The notes below the pieces were generated by a model. That model was not told where the DNA came from. It saw nothing but the letters and a program-made list of their open reading frames with translations, and made no database searches. Positions 14,601 through 28,567 of a stretch of 64,000 nt of DNA are shown here, in pieces. Origin of the DNA: Azolla caroliniana (Eukaryota > Plantae > Polypodiophyta); assembly GCA_043228905.1 (NCBI GenBank), contig JBHGNT010000017.1:3348001-3412000 (forward strand), given 5' to 3'. Each line of letters begins with the position of its first letter. The stretch's first letter is position 1. The translations under genes and the position numbers were made by a program.

Positions 14601-15859
14601 AGTTGCATCGTCAACTACACAGTTTTCTCTTAGGCAGACCCACATTGTATCAAGATCATCAGCATTGAGCAATTGCTCAGTTTGCTTCTGCATTTGAATA
14701 ACATTAAGCGTTTCAAACCTATTGCCCATGACAAAAATTGCACATACAGCAAATATTAACAAAATAAAACCTCACATACTTTCAGAAAAGTAAATCTTGC
14801 CAGCTTTTGAACTTTGCTCCCTATAGAACCCTCAGCAGGTTTCTGCAAAACAGTCAAGTAAACCAATTGAACGGAATCTATAAACCCTAACAACATAATA
14901 GAAAGACTCAGAAATACCCCCGATTTTTTCCCCATAGTCATCAAAGTATTTGTTACTTCCCTAAATCCTCTTGGCCATTCCCCAAAAAAGAGAAAAATGG
15001 TATGAATTGACAATATAACTGATTGAGTGGCACATAGAAACCTAGAGAGCATTTGAGCATAATAATCTCCAGCAGACCTTTTTGTAAAATGTTGGAAGAG
15101 ACCCGGCTTGAGCATTCTTCTGCTGTCGTTCTTTGAATGCCTCAAGCAAAATCTTTTTGGTTTCTAGCTCTGGCATGTGCTTAAAAGAAAATTAAAGTCA
15201 AATGCTGTAATTCAAACCTCAAAACTCAATACAAACAAACACTTTTTTAAGGCTTAAGTAGCAGATTTCCCATGGACTTTCCCTTCCAATATATCACGTA
15301 TGTACAAAAATCAATATACTATACATGCATTAAGTGTAAGTTAAAAACTGTTACAAACACAAAGAGACAAGCAACAGGATACATTTCTGGAACCAATGAA
15401 TGTCATTATCATAATGTCATGCAAAACTAACAAGCTACGTAACTTTCTTCCTCATTTTAATAGGGAGTTGCAAGCAAAAAAGATAAACGATACATTATAT
15501 GAATCATACCGCAAAATAAAACTAAGAAACATGCCATGGATCATAATGCAATAAATAAATAACATACCATAATACATTATACATACATGCCAGGAATCAC
15601 AACACATATATGAACCTAATAAGAATACAAAAATGAATAAAACAGCCCACGAATCATCAAACAGCGTAAATACTAGCAAACAAACATACCATATCATCAC
15701 AATGCAATGTAGACATAAAAAGAGCATACCCATGAGTGCTTCTGATCCTAGCCCATTTCCGGATCCGACATATTTCTTGAGGTTCCTCACCCACAACATC
15801 GAGGAGGAGGAAGAGGAAGAATCCTGAGAATCTCCATTGCTGGCACTGCCGCTATGCAT
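11670..15859 (-). CDS. TON2: Protein phosphatase 2A regulatory subunit B'' TON2/FASS, ~12 coding exons
   Basis: Exon translations MLWVRNLKKYVGSGNGLGSEALM, ELETKKILLE, LLNADDLDTMWVCLRENC, MNYEDFCHIA, VSLTQARIDMSELDED, KFFFFCDPHRRG, ENWFSLGSAQRIC, EMDFESFLDFVLALENKDT and DVRGFWAHDNRENLLQEEEE are collinear with Arabidopsis TON2 as I recall it. Exon 1 is 15730-15859 and the last exon is 11670-11910. Confidence 0.95.
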
Positions 15860-16173
15860 TGTTGTGAGACTTATAGGCCTATTCGCTGAAGAAAAGGTTG
15901 AAGCTTCAAAGAGAATCTAAACAAGACAATATTCTTCTTTTTCTTCTTCTTCTTCCGAGGAGTAACTGGATCCGCATTCGTGAATCTGTAATTAGCTCGA
16001 AAACGCGAACACAAACACCTACTTTGCGCCTGCTGAAACTATGGAGAAGATGATGGCCTGAAGCAGAAGGGAAGGGTGAAACAGGGTGTTTCCAATGCTC
16101 TGGGGTGCAATACAAAGCTGGAAGGGGGGAAAGGAAGGAAATTAGGGTTTCTGATAAAGGCTACCACACACGA

Positions 16174-16177
<4 letters not shown>

Positions 16178-16230
<53 letters not shown>

Positions 16231-16384
16231 AAAGGTCTGCTTGTGAGCAAATTCTGCAGAGGGATGGAAGGAAGCGAAAAGAAAGAGAGACAAAAAGGGA
16301 AAAATGAAATGATTTTGAAGGAAGGAAGGAGGACATGCCCACTTCGCTTTCTTTTGAATTATACCACAAAAACAAATTCTGTAG

Positions 16385-16420
<36 letters not shown>

Positions 16421-16432
16421 ACACACACACAC
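16178..16432. repeat. (GA)n and (CT)n(CA)n microsatellites in the TON2 5'UTR/promoter region
   Basis: (GA)~24 at 16178-16225 and (CT)n(CA)n at 16389-16432. Confidence 0.9.
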
Positions 16433-16735
16433 ATTATATGTATAAGAATGAGGTTGTGATGGGTAGACTAGTCACTAGAGAAGATGAGGATGGCATGGCC
16501 TCTCCGATGGCCTCTTCGATTGGCCGACCGAGAATGTGCATATATGTGATAGCAAAAAATGGAATGTCCGCCTGGGTTTTGAAGGGGCCATCCTGTGTAT
16601 TGGGAGAGTCTTGTTATGAGTGAAAAAGACACTCCACTCCCGTTGCCAAGGTGCCAACAAGTAATTGTGGGTGTGAAGAAAAATACGTGGTTCTTGTGTA
16701 GGGTTTGGGGGAAGCGGGCATGGGTGCGGGTTTAG

Positions 16736-16794
<59 letters not shown>

Positions 16795-16797
<3 letters not shown>

Positions 16798-17090
16798 ATT
16801 ATCGTCTTTGGAGGTCAAATATGACCTATGAGACCAAAAATATTACATTTCACGTGATATGTGTGAAAGTGGGTAGTGACTCTCGATGGATGTAGCTCAG
16901 TTGGTAAGGTTGGTAAGGTGGAGACCATGAGGTCATGGGGTCAACCCTACATTCCACAATGGCATCTAGTGAATTATATAAGAGATATGTATGAAGTATA
17001 TAATAGAGAGGTGAGTAAAATTGGGTTTCAAACCCAATACGTAGTGGCTTGTAGTGTAACAACTTACCACTAGACTAGGGTAAGCTAATT
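16795..17090 (-). mobile_element. SINE-like element: tRNA-like head + inverted tRNA-Ala-like unit + RTE-X-like 3' end + (CT)n tail
   Basis: Minus strand reads TAGTGGTAAG...GGGTTTGAAACCC (A/B-box-like). On the plus strand GGATGTAGCTCAGTTGGTAAG...GGTCAACCCTACATTCCA starts at 16888. 16795-16887 matches the LINE 3' end at ~17730-17830. Flanked by (GA)n on both sides. Confidence 0.6.
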
Positions 17091-17719
17091 ACGAGAGAGA
17101 GAGAGAGAGAGAGATTGATTAATTGATTTTATTTCAATGTAGGTGGAGTGTTCCTTCTTAAATGTGTTTTTTTTTTCCAAAAAAGAAATGTGTTTGTTTT
17201 GCAGAACTTTAGAGGAACATTGTCGACATTGATTTATCAGTTGTTCGATAACAAATGCTATCTAGAATTTTATATATGCAATGTGGGCTTCTATATAGTT
17301 GAATGATGAAATCCATGTTTCAATGGGTGTTTGGTCATGTGCAATCAAGAATGCCTTCTCCACATTTTGAAACAACCTTTTAGTATCTAAGGTATTGTGG
17401 ATTATGGCATTATTTGTGTATGCAGAATGCCATGCTCATATGGGGTTCAAAGAAACATTCAACAATGAGAAGACATATTTCTATGGTAGTTTTCCTTGTT
17501 GGAAACTTCATGGAGGTTGTCGCAAGAGTAATTAGGGATTTGTAAGTTGGCAACACATCATGTTTGTCAGTTGCATCGGCCTTTATTGCATGGGACTATA
17601 TAGGTCAACAAACCAATGTATTTAGAGATGAGGGATGTCATGAAACCATGATTGATTTTGTGGTGATTCCATCTATTGTAATTTGACGTTCATAATTAAT
17701 ACATTACTGCTTATGAGAT

Positions 17720-18350
17720 AGAAGATAGGTTTTATTATCGTCTTTGAGAATCAGATGCCAAATATGACCTATGAGACAAAAAATCTTACTTTCACATGAT
17801 ACATGTGAAAGTGAGTAGTGACTCTTGATGTTCAAGAACTTTGCCAACAATATTGCAATCGAGAGTGCACAACATGTCTATGAAAAAAATTTGTGCAAGG
17901 ATTGGGTTTGGTTAAAGATTTATGGAAAGCAAAGTCCGATGTGATCAAAGGCAGAGCATTATATTGAAGTGTGATACTCATATTCCCAAACTTGTTCTGG
18001 GCAAAGCATGCATAATTGACTACTCTCACCTGTGCCCCAACACGTCGTCTCACATTACAATGTATGTGAGCTAAGTTGCATGGAAGCAATGGCAATGGGA
18101 TGGGTTGTAACATGTATTGAGGTGTGTGGTTTCCTCGTTTGGTGAATAATATGGTTTTGTAGTCAGATGCAACATATAAAGTATATATTTTGTGAAGTGT
18201 GAGCCTCCACATTTTTCAAATGTCATGATAAATTGGCATTGTAGAAATGCCTCATTTACAAAGGAATCTAGTGATGTGTCATGAAGTAAGTGTGTTACAT
18301 CCCATCTTCCAAACCATTTTTCCATATCATGCATCCAACTGGAGCACAAC
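17720..18350 (-). mobile_element. Degenerate RTE-X-like LINE 3' fragment (second subfamily)
   Basis: Minus frame SSHTL*CETTCWG..LCMLCPEQVWEYEYH...C. The 3' end reads GTCTCATAGGTCATATTTGG...TCTATCT. Homologous to 44900-45130 (+). Confidence 0.55.
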
Positions 18351-18351
18351 A

Positions 18352-18430
<79 letters not shown>

Positions 18431-18489
18431 GCCAAATGATGGTTATGTATTCCCCTAAATTATAGATTTATTTGGGAGAAATAACAAGA

Positions 18490-19260
18490 TATACCATTGT
18501 TGGATGGATCGTTGCCATTGAAAACAGATGTTGCACCTTGGGTGAATTGGTTGTTACATGATGGTACACACATGTTACAGGCCACTACAAATGTATTGTA
18601 TCATCATGCAATGACATCATTATCTTGGCTATCACCTAAAGCAGAAAAAGGTATGGAGTGTATCTAAGTCGAATGCAAGGTGGTGGAAAATATTACAACG
18701 TGGTTGGCATTCCCATCTGCCATTTCATGCAAAGGTATTCATATGGAGAGTCATGATTGGTACGCTTCCATTAGGTTCAGCCTTAAAGAGACGAGGACTA
18801 GGGTCAAACATTTGTTTCTTTTGCACCATTCCATTGGAGGACAATACACATAGGTTCAATGTCCTATAGCTTGTGCTATTTGACAGTATTTATCGAACAT
18901 TTGGCAATTTTTAACCTGTTGTTATTTGAGACCTCAACAATGGTTTTAAATTATGAGATGGAGATATTGTTCCAATTTTTACATTATTGGGGACTGCAAC
19001 ACAATTGGAATATGCATAATGCTTTCATGTTTGATAGTAAACATAGGGTGAAAGCTTATATGAAGAAGTTGAAAGATATTCTTATGTGGAATTTCTGGAT
19101 GATAAAGCATGTGGGGATCATTTCCTCAAATGCATATCCAAGTTTTGTAATGGCATTACAGGATGTCCCGCTTCCTACATAGGATAGGTACGTAGAAGAG
19201 ACTAAGAAGTGTTGTAAATGTGGATTTTACATACAATTAATATAATTGTGTGCTTTTACC
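18490..19260 (+). mobile_element. 5'-truncated L1-type LINE 3' fragment
   Basis: YEMEILFQFLHYWGLQHNWNMHNAFMFD matches the ORF2 C-terminus at 38299-38568 (EMEIVFLFLRYWGLRHNWNMRN). Ends just before (GA)n. Confidence 0.75.
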
Positions 19261-19724
19261 AAAGAGAGAGAGAGAGTTAAGAGAGAGAGAGAGAGAGTGT
19301 GAGTGAGAGAGTGAAAAAAAGCAAGAGTGGAGAGGGGAAGAAGAAGAAGAGAATTAGTTTTTTTTATTGTGTTCTCTATCATCAACAAAATTGGGCACAA
19401 AGACAAAGCCCTCGATTAGAGCTTCGTAAAGAGATATATAGCAAGTTAAATTTGGTGGTCTGTACGAGGAATCTTATGTTGTCGGCATCCACATACTCAA
19501 CACGCATTGTTGATCTTCTATTGTCTTCATCATCTTCGATCTCTTAAATCGAGTGAGTTCTGGTTGTCTCTCTTGTTCATGGAAAATTGTTTTTATTCTG
19601 GATCGAAATCATATCAAGAATAATGGATATAAACATGAATTCTTCACAAATTATGGGGGACATCGATATGGAAACAATTGATCCAAAAAAGAGTAATGTG
19701 ATGGTTGAATGTAATCGTGAAAGG

Positions 19725-19957
19725 GAAGACATTGGAAGCTCTAAGAGGTTTAAGGGTATTGAGGAAATTAATAAAAAAAAAGTGAAGACATTGGAAGCTC
19801 TAAGAGGTTTAAGGGTATTGAGGAAATTAATGAAAAAAAGTGAAGACATTGGAAGCTCTAAGAGGTTTAAGGGTATTGAGGAAATTAATGAAAAAAAAGT
19901 GAAGACATTGGAAGCTCTAAGAGGTTTAACCCATTGAGGAAATTAATGAAAAAAAGT
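19725..19957 (+). repeat. ~58-59 bp tandem repeat x4 inside L1 ORF1
   Basis: gaagacattggaagctctaagaggtttaagggtattgaggaaattaatgaaaaaaagt is repeated with variable poly-A length. Confidence 0.9.
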
Positions 19958-22900
19958 GACATATGCCGAAGTAATACATGTAGATGAGGTTGACAAGGGA
20001 TCATTGTAATTGGGATCATTTATGGGAAATTGTCAATACCTTGTTGTCTGATATTGTGGAAGAAAATGAAAATGAAGTGAAAGAATGCATTGATGAGGAT
20101 GTGCATGATGTGGAAGTTGATGCTAAGGCAATGTTGCAATCTTTTGATGTATTCTATGATCGTATGGTTATATATTTTTTTATTGGGAAACTCCCATACA
20201 TTGGATTAAGTAAAGGTTGAACACAATCGTGTCACCAAATTGTGCTGAAAATATATATGTAGGACCACAAGGGTTTTATGATGTAGTATTTCATTCACCG
20301 GAACATCGAAATGCATTGTTGGCTAAAGTTCCTATGTTTTTTTATAAATGTTTGGTGCATGTAATGCAATGGTTCCTCGTAGTGAACTATCATGCTTTGT
20401 TAAAACAGGAAAGCACTGTTTGGGTAACAGTGGATTGTAAGCATGCTTTTTTATGACCACTTTTACTAGAGTTGATGAGTCAAATGGGTAAAGTGTTGGT
20501 ATCTCTACATGCAAATGCTACAAATAAATGCAGATTTTGTGTGTTATGAGATACAAGTCGTAAGAGGCCAATATCGGTGCGTATGAACACACCTGGTATG
20601 AAAAAACTTTGTTTTAAATTGAAGTGGGGGACATTTGCAGGTCATTGTTTTGGATATGGTGAATGGGGTCACTTTATGGCAGAATGCCATCGCCATTAAG
20701 AGGTTCCTAATGAAGGGGTTGGGAGAGATGTTGGTGTGTTAGATATTGTGGTTGTGATGGATAAAGGAACATCATCTAGAGCGGGTTATAAAGAGATCTC
20801 ACTTCATGGATTGGGCCCTAAGAATAAGAGAACTCAATCTATGGATATGGAAAAACAAAGTTTAGTGGTTATAGATAAGGGGAAAAAACCATTGGATAGA
20901 GCTTGTAGTGATGTTGTTGTTGACAAAGATTGACATTAGGTTCAGGGCAAGTCGAAGGGGAAATAAATGAATATGCAACGTAATAGTTTGCCCACTACTT
21001 GTGAGACTACTTGGTAAGGTAATTCCAGAACTAGGGAGGGTCATTGAAAAGTTCTTTGGCAATGACAATTTAGGGATAAGGGATTACCCCTTCACCTTCA
21101 ATTTTATTCATTGGGATGGGTTGTAAATTCATCGAATTCTCGAGGTTTTCGTCAAGTACGAGGACCTAAACAAAAGATTTCGATAGACATCCCTAAGGAT
21201 GTGGTGCATGAGAATCCATATGCAGCATTGGAACATGCTTTGACTAGTTTCATGACATCAGTTGCTCTAAAGGAGCAAGTGCACCCATAACATTGTTGAT
21301 TGAATGAAAGTGGTAACATGGAATGTGAGAGGAGCATGGGAAACTTCGTTAAGTAAAGAATGGGATGTATTATGTGCAGTTGAGCATAAGTGTCATGAGT
21401 TACCAAGATCCACAATTCATTTGCGTTGTCGAGAAGATTGTGGTTGTGTGTCGCAATCGTCAGGGTTCTATGACTCGGGGATGATCGTGTGGATGGTGCA
21501 ATGACAAGAAGCCGAGAAAGCAAGATAGATGCCAAGACTTGAACTCACAACCTCTATTTCAGAAGAAGCATTTGAGATAGACCACTTCAACTTATTTGAT
21601 TTCTATTTATTTAAGTCTCTTTCTTCTTATATATACCATATTTATATTACAAAATTTGTTTACCAAAAGTTAGTTGTTTTGAGAGGATTCGAACTAACAA
21701 CCTTTTGTTTGCTAAGAGGTATTTGAGATACACCACCTCAACTTCTTGGTTTTCACCTTTTCTCTACTTTTTGTCTTCTATTCAGCATGGCCCTAGCTTC
21801 ATGACCGACCTCTGCACCTCTTCTTTTTGCGAGCTTCCTCCCTTCTCCCCCTTCTTCTTTTCCTCTTCCTTTTTTCCGCTCTACCCTTTCTCTTTAGCCA
21901 CCATGGGCGTGACTTTTATAGGGTGGTCAACCGCCCTACCACCCTCTTGAGGCGGTTGACAAACCGCCTCATGCAAGGTGGTTATTTTATTATTATTATT
22001 ATTATTATTATTTATTTTATTTATAAATTTTACAAATTCGATTTTGTAGTTGTACATTTGAGAAATTACAAAAATGGCCTTTATTTAATTTCGAATCCCC
22101 CTTTTTACATAATTACATTTGTGTCCCGAGTTGCATTAGTCCTTCCAAAGCTTGTATCTTGGGCTTTTGAACTTTGATTCACGAACTAAAAATTCCTACA
22201 TGCTCCTTGTCATAAGCTCTAGACGGGAAATGTACTTCTATAGATTTTTGACATTGTTTTGACATCGTGAAGGAACAACTTCACGACAACGTGGATAATC
22301 ATCATTTTATGCATGACATCTTAATAATCATTATTCAAGTGTGATACTAATCGTGGGAGATAAATATTATCCTCAAGTGGTGCATAATGATCCTTATGGT
22401 TGGTTTTTGGGTCTAGAAATTACGTATTTTGGCAAGGTTGTGTGGGTGGTTTGGATTTATGCCCCTAACCAAGCCACACAACGTATTGCATTATGGTCTC
22501 ACCCCTTCAAACCCTGTGTGGGTTGTCCAAGATTACTTATAGGTGATTTTAACATGTGTGTTAATGCATCTCAATCTACGTCTGAACATTCAATCATGGA
22601 TGATCCTGAGCAACTTGCTTGGGATTCATTAGCTATGGAGGTTCTGAAGTTGCATGTTTGTACATGGTTGCATGGGAATGATCTAGGTTTTACTTTCCCG
22701 TCTGCTCAACATAGACAAACATGGAGTCGGTTAGACAGAATGTATGTGATGCACAATGATTCTTTTTTATCGACATCACTTCGTATGACAGTTCTACGAG
22801 ATGTAAGAACTTCATATCACTTTCCTATTTGTTTGAGGTTTGTAATCATGCAATTGACATGTATAAATCCTTACTTGGAAAGCCTCCATGATGCTTTAAC

Positions 22901-25900
22901 TCTTCTCTTTTGCTTCAACTCACTTTTGATTCTCTCATGGAGCAAATTTTGATAATTTTTTCACAAGAAGTGAATCTTAAAGGAGTTAAAGCATGGGATA
23001 TCACGTTATGAAACATTAAGATCATTCATCGTATGTATGGAGGTCTTCTTCGACAATTCTCACAAGTTTTCTCCAGGTGTAATGCATTATTGAGACATGC
23101 ATCATTAGATGAGGAGCTTTTGGATCTCCCATGTCAATTGCATGTTATTATTTCTCAATTGCAATGCCAAATTTATCGTTATGCGAAGATGCGTCAACTG
23201 AGGGATGGGCTCATAGATAATCAATATCAATCTCATTTGTTTTTCCAAGAATTACATCCTACTTATGCTCGATCTAATATGGTACATGTGAAGCAAGGGA
23301 ATGAATTGATAGTGGATCCTACTACAATCATTGACATATGTGCTCATTACTTTAAGGAGTTGATTGGCCCACAATTGTCAATGACAAATGAGGTGAGTAG
23401 AGAACGTCATGAGTTTTATGTTGTGGTTGGATGTATTGTGCATGATGTCATTAGTCATGAATTGGATGCAGATTTCATTGAGGATGAGGTGGACACGGTT
23501 TTAAGGCATCTTCCTAGTGGTAAGAGCCTTGATTGGGATGACTTGACAAATGAAGTTTTTAAGCGACATTCGAACATTTTAAAGGGGCCCTTAACTTTGA
23601 TGTTTCAACATTCTTGGGATTTTGGTTGTATGCCTCAAGCTTGGAAGGTTGGTCTAATTAAATTAGTTCCAAATTTGGCATCTCTTGAGTAATTTCATCA
23701 ATGGAGACCTATTTCTTTGATGGGGAGTTGTATAAGATATTTACAAAGGTCTTGGGAAATAGATTACAAAAGTATTTGCCAAAGTTGATACATCGAAAAC
23801 ACTCATCAAGAATTGATTATGGTGCAATTAGATTTGGAGAAAGCTTATGATGATGTTTATTGGTCCTTTGTTTCTGGGTTAATGCATACAATGGGCTTTG
23901 GACCTTGTATGTCTCGCCTCATATTTTTATTAGGACAAGATGCGATGTCTCAAATATTGCTTAATGGGGGAGTTACATTAGATATCGCCCTCACAAGATC
24001 TGTTCGTCAAGGATGCCCTCTTAGCCCATTGTTGTTTGCTATTGTTACTCATCCCTTGTTAGTGATGTTATGAAAGCTTGCAACAAATGGTGACATTGTG
24101 GGTCTACACCTTCCATATGGAGGGCAACTAGTAGCACAAGCTTTGGCTGATGATTCTTTCATGTTTCTACAAGCCTCACAAGAGAATCTTGAGAAGGGGA
24201 TGCTTCTATGGAACCTATTTGCATTGGCTTCCGGATTACATATTAATTGGAGGAAGTCTAGTCTCATATCATGTACTGAAAGGGATTTGGAATGTTTAGA
24301 ATGACAAGGATCCGTGGTGAAGAAAGGCTCTATTTTTCGACATTTGGGCTATCCATTAGGAATGAATGTTACAAATGGTCAATTGATTGAATGGATGTCT
24401 AGTAAGTTGAGGGATAAGTTCATGTATTGGAAGTCACAATCTTGCCATTTCATGTACGCTTGAAGGTTGTACAATGTATCATGGAATCCATGATATTATA
24501 TTACTTGCCATTGTTGCCATGGACAAAGAAGGCTTCGCATTCTGTTTTACAACCTCTTCGATATTTGTTGTGGAAGAAGAGGGATAAGATGGGAATCACT
24601 TGGGTTGCGTAGAATAATCTAGCAACCCTTAAGCACTTGGGGGGGTGGGCTAGAATATTGAACTTACCTATGCATATGATGGCTCGTTGATTTTCATTAT
24701 TACAAGCCATGTATTTAAACTCACAACCATGGATATCTATTGTTCAATATTTCATTGAGAACAAGGGTTTAATACATGGGAGGACAACGACTAAGGCTTC
24801 ATGGTGGCAATTACTGAATGGATGTAATTTACTTAGGATTCAGGGCTCTTCATGTGTTCAACACTTGGTTACCTCATGGCAATAAGCGCTCTTGTTATGT
24901 GTATGGAAACCATCATCTAGTAGAGAGCATTGTAATTCTTTGCAAAAAGAGTTACTTGTGTCTTCTCGGTTATTATGTTGGCCATGAAAGGAGAGATTGC
25001 GCTCTCAAATTAATTGTTTGTTTCATTTGGGGGTCAATGAGGTGGGAGTTATAGTTGAGGCTCCATCTCAAAGAATTTTGGAGTTTGTTGAAGCGTAACA
25101 ATTATTACGCATCCAGCTGAATTATGGGTTTATTTGGCAACAACTACAAAATATTTCTTTGTGTTGAATACGAGTGTATAATGGCCGTATTCACATTGTC
25201 CTTTTGGACAACCCAAGCTTGGGCCATTTCTGTAAATAGCATAAAGGGAAGTTGCCCTAGGATAGTCACTATATAAATTGACTTTGTAACCTTTAGTGGA
25301 GGTTGGTTGTCATTTGTAACTGTTGCTATTAGAATATAACGTTTCCTTTGTGCCTCTCTCTCTCTCTCTCTCCCTTTGTGTCTATCTTGCTCATGCATAC
25401 ACATGTTCTTCTTCATCACGAATGTTGCTTGCACTTCTGCTTTGACGGCCTTTTCCCCAACATTTGGTATTAGAGCGTTGGAGATTCTTCAACCTGCTGC
25501 CAGCCGTCATCATACAACACAACATTCTGTTTTCGTTTTCTTTGAAGAATAGAGAAGGGAGAAGAAAAACAAAAAGCTCGCATCTCACTGTGTTAAATCA
25601 CAAATTGGAGTAAGCTAGTCGGTTATACTCTGTTCTTGTGATTGTGACCGCTTGAGGGGAGCTCCTTGAGCAACAACCGACCCAATCATGCTTCATTCGG
25701 TTAAACAACATCCGAATAGGTCACCGGACGCTATTCATCCGCTTGCTGTAACCACCCGCTGCAGATTGTTCTCCTGGCAACAACCACTTCATGTTTCAAT
25801 CGGCTGATCGACATTCGGGAGGATCAATTGGATCCGTCCCTCTCATTGCTGCAGTCATCTGAAGCAGAATCGGCCCAAACAATCGGTTTCGTGTAATCGG

Positions 25901-28567
25901 TATTCGGCATACAATCGGAAGCTAATCGGGCTCACTCTGACTCGGCAACATTCGGGAAGACCAGCCGGTTCTATCCCTCAAGTTACCGGAGTCACTCTGA
26001 GCAAGTTCAGCAACAAGTATCCGAAACCAAACCGACTCGGGTTCAAAACTGACTAGAACGATATCGGGTGAGCCGACCAGCTACACCCCACTAAGGTTCG
26101 TAGTCAACTCCGAACCGAGTCTTACCAACCGAAACCGAAGCAGATGGCATCAACATCCGGCTCATCGGACATGAGTCTAAGGAGGTTCGACGGTTCGAAC
26201 TTCAACTTCTGGAAGGAACAAATGCAGGACTATCTCATTGTCAAGGGTCAGATAGACCCGATTGAGAATGAAAATCCTCCAGAAGCATACAAGGCAAACG
26301 AGTGGCTAAAGCTGAACAGAATAGTCTGCGCCACGATTCGGATGCACTTGTTGGAGTCAGTGTACTTCACAGTGCAATCATGCACGACATCGTTTGAACT
26401 TTGGAAAACATTATCGGAAACTTATGAAAAGAAGGTTGCCGCAACGAAGATGTATCTGATCCGGCGCCTCTACAACTTGCGGATGAAAGAATCCGATTCG
26501 GTTAAGGCACACCTCAACGAGTATGAAAGCATAAGCTCACAAATCTCGTCTCAGGGGACGGCAATCGAGGATGAACTCAAAGCAATGATACTCATGAGTA
26601 GTCTCCCCTCTTCATGGGAAACTTTTGTTACAACCGTGTGCAATGCTTCAACAACTGTCGTTAAGTACTTCGAAGTCACGAGCACAATCCTGACTGAAGC
26701 TGCTCGGAGAAAGTCTTTGGCGAAAGACTCGGCAGATGAAGCTTACGCAGTACAAGGTTCAACCGACCGATCGAACAACTGGGGAAGAAGTTCTTCCCAA
26801 CCGCCGAACAATCAGTGAAGCCGGAGCAAGTCCCGAGACAACCGAATCTGCAACTACTGCAAGAAACCGAGACACATCAAAGCCGACTGTCGGGCACTCA
26901 AAGCAAAAACCGAAAAAGCTCAGAGAGCGGATAAGAAGAGTAGCAGACATGAGGAGGTCAACTACGTTAGCTCTTCAGCCGAAATTTTGACGACTGACCC
27001 GAACATACTGTCCATAGACAACCCAGTCGAATCAGAAGTTCTGCTTACAACTGAGGAATCAAGTACATGGCTCCTGGACTCGGGCGCATCGTATCATGTG
27101 ACACCTAACCGGTCTCAGTTTCGGCAATACTCGGACCGACACTTCGACTCAGTTCGAGTCGGAAACGCGCAACACTGTGCTATAATCGAAATCGGCACCG
27201 TAGAGCTCAACCTTCCGGGTGGCTCTACACTCGTACTACACAACGTTTGACACGTTCATGAGCTGTGAAGACCCTTGATCTTAGTCGGACAACTTGACGA
27301 AGCCGGCATCCGTGCCGGGTTCTCATCAGGAGGGTGGACACTCCATAAAGGGAACCTCCTGCTTGCTCGAGGACCCAAGGTACACTCTTTGTATCCTTTA
27401 TATGTCACGCTCAAAGAGGGTGACTTATTTTTGGTTGATATCCCAATGTCATCGTTATGGCATGGACGACTTGGACACCTCAGCAAGGCCAACATAACGC
27501 ACCTATCCAGAGCCAGTTACATCCCCAAGCTCTCCTTCTCGGATCACCAATTCTGCGAGCATTGCCAGTATGGCAAACAGGTAGCCACATCACACCCGAC
27601 ATCAGCACCAAGAGAATCGAGCCCCCTCGATTTAGTCCACTCGGACGTCTGTGGCCCAATGCCACATCAGTCTCTTGGTAGTGCTTCGTACTTTGTACTT
27701 CGTTAGTTTCATTGACGACTCGACTCAGAAGGTGTGGGCTTATCCCATCCGAACCAAAGATTGGGTGTTCTCGATCTTCTCCGAATGGCTTGCAATGGTC
27801 GAAATTCAGACCGGTCGGAAATTGAAATGTCTCCGAACCGACAATGGAGGAGAATTCAAGTCTGGAGAATTCGTCAAATTTTGCCAGGAACGCGGCATTC
27901 GACGTGAATATACGACACCCTATAGTCCGGAGCAAAACGGAATTGTTGAATGCATGAATCAGACGATTCAAGAACGCGTAGTATCCATGCTCCAACACTC
28001 CGGACTGTCAGATGGCTTCTAGGCGGAGGCTCTACTTACGGCAGTACACATAATAAATATGTCGCCAAGTAGACCTCTAGGACTTTAAATACCTCAGGAA
28101 ATATGGACCGACAGTAAGCCGAATTATGACAAACTGAGGATCTTCGGTTGCGAGGCGTATGCTCTCATACCGAAAGACGACCGCTAGAAACTCGAACCAA
28201 GGTCAAGGAAATGTGTTTTTCTTGGATATGGACCCGACGGCGAGATCAGATACCGACTTTGGGACCCCGAGCACAGACAAATCGTCCGAAGTTCGAACGT
28301 CGTGTTCAACGAGTCGGCTATGCATAAAACGGCCGAAAGGCCTATTAAAGTCCGAAGGGTAATATTTTCCGAAGTGCCAACCCTTCATGACGGCCCAACC
28401 CACAACACGAGATCGGTTTCACAGGTAACCGACAACTCTCGCACCAAATCCACCGATTCGGCACAACCAAATGGCTCGGCTCCCGACCATCCGACATTGA
28501 CACCCGGTGCGACTAGTCCAATCATACCTCGTAGATCCGAGAGACTGTCGCAACCTCTGGAGAGGTA

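Noticed and set aside
16039-16623. ORFs with ERERER/SLSLSL runs (also 37342-37857, 41750-42288)
   Set aside because: These are translations of (GA)n/(CT)n microsatellites with no protein motif.
16888-16960. Genuine tRNA-Ala gene
   Set aside because: No credible anticodon arm, the copies are diverged, and it is embedded in a dispersed repeat.
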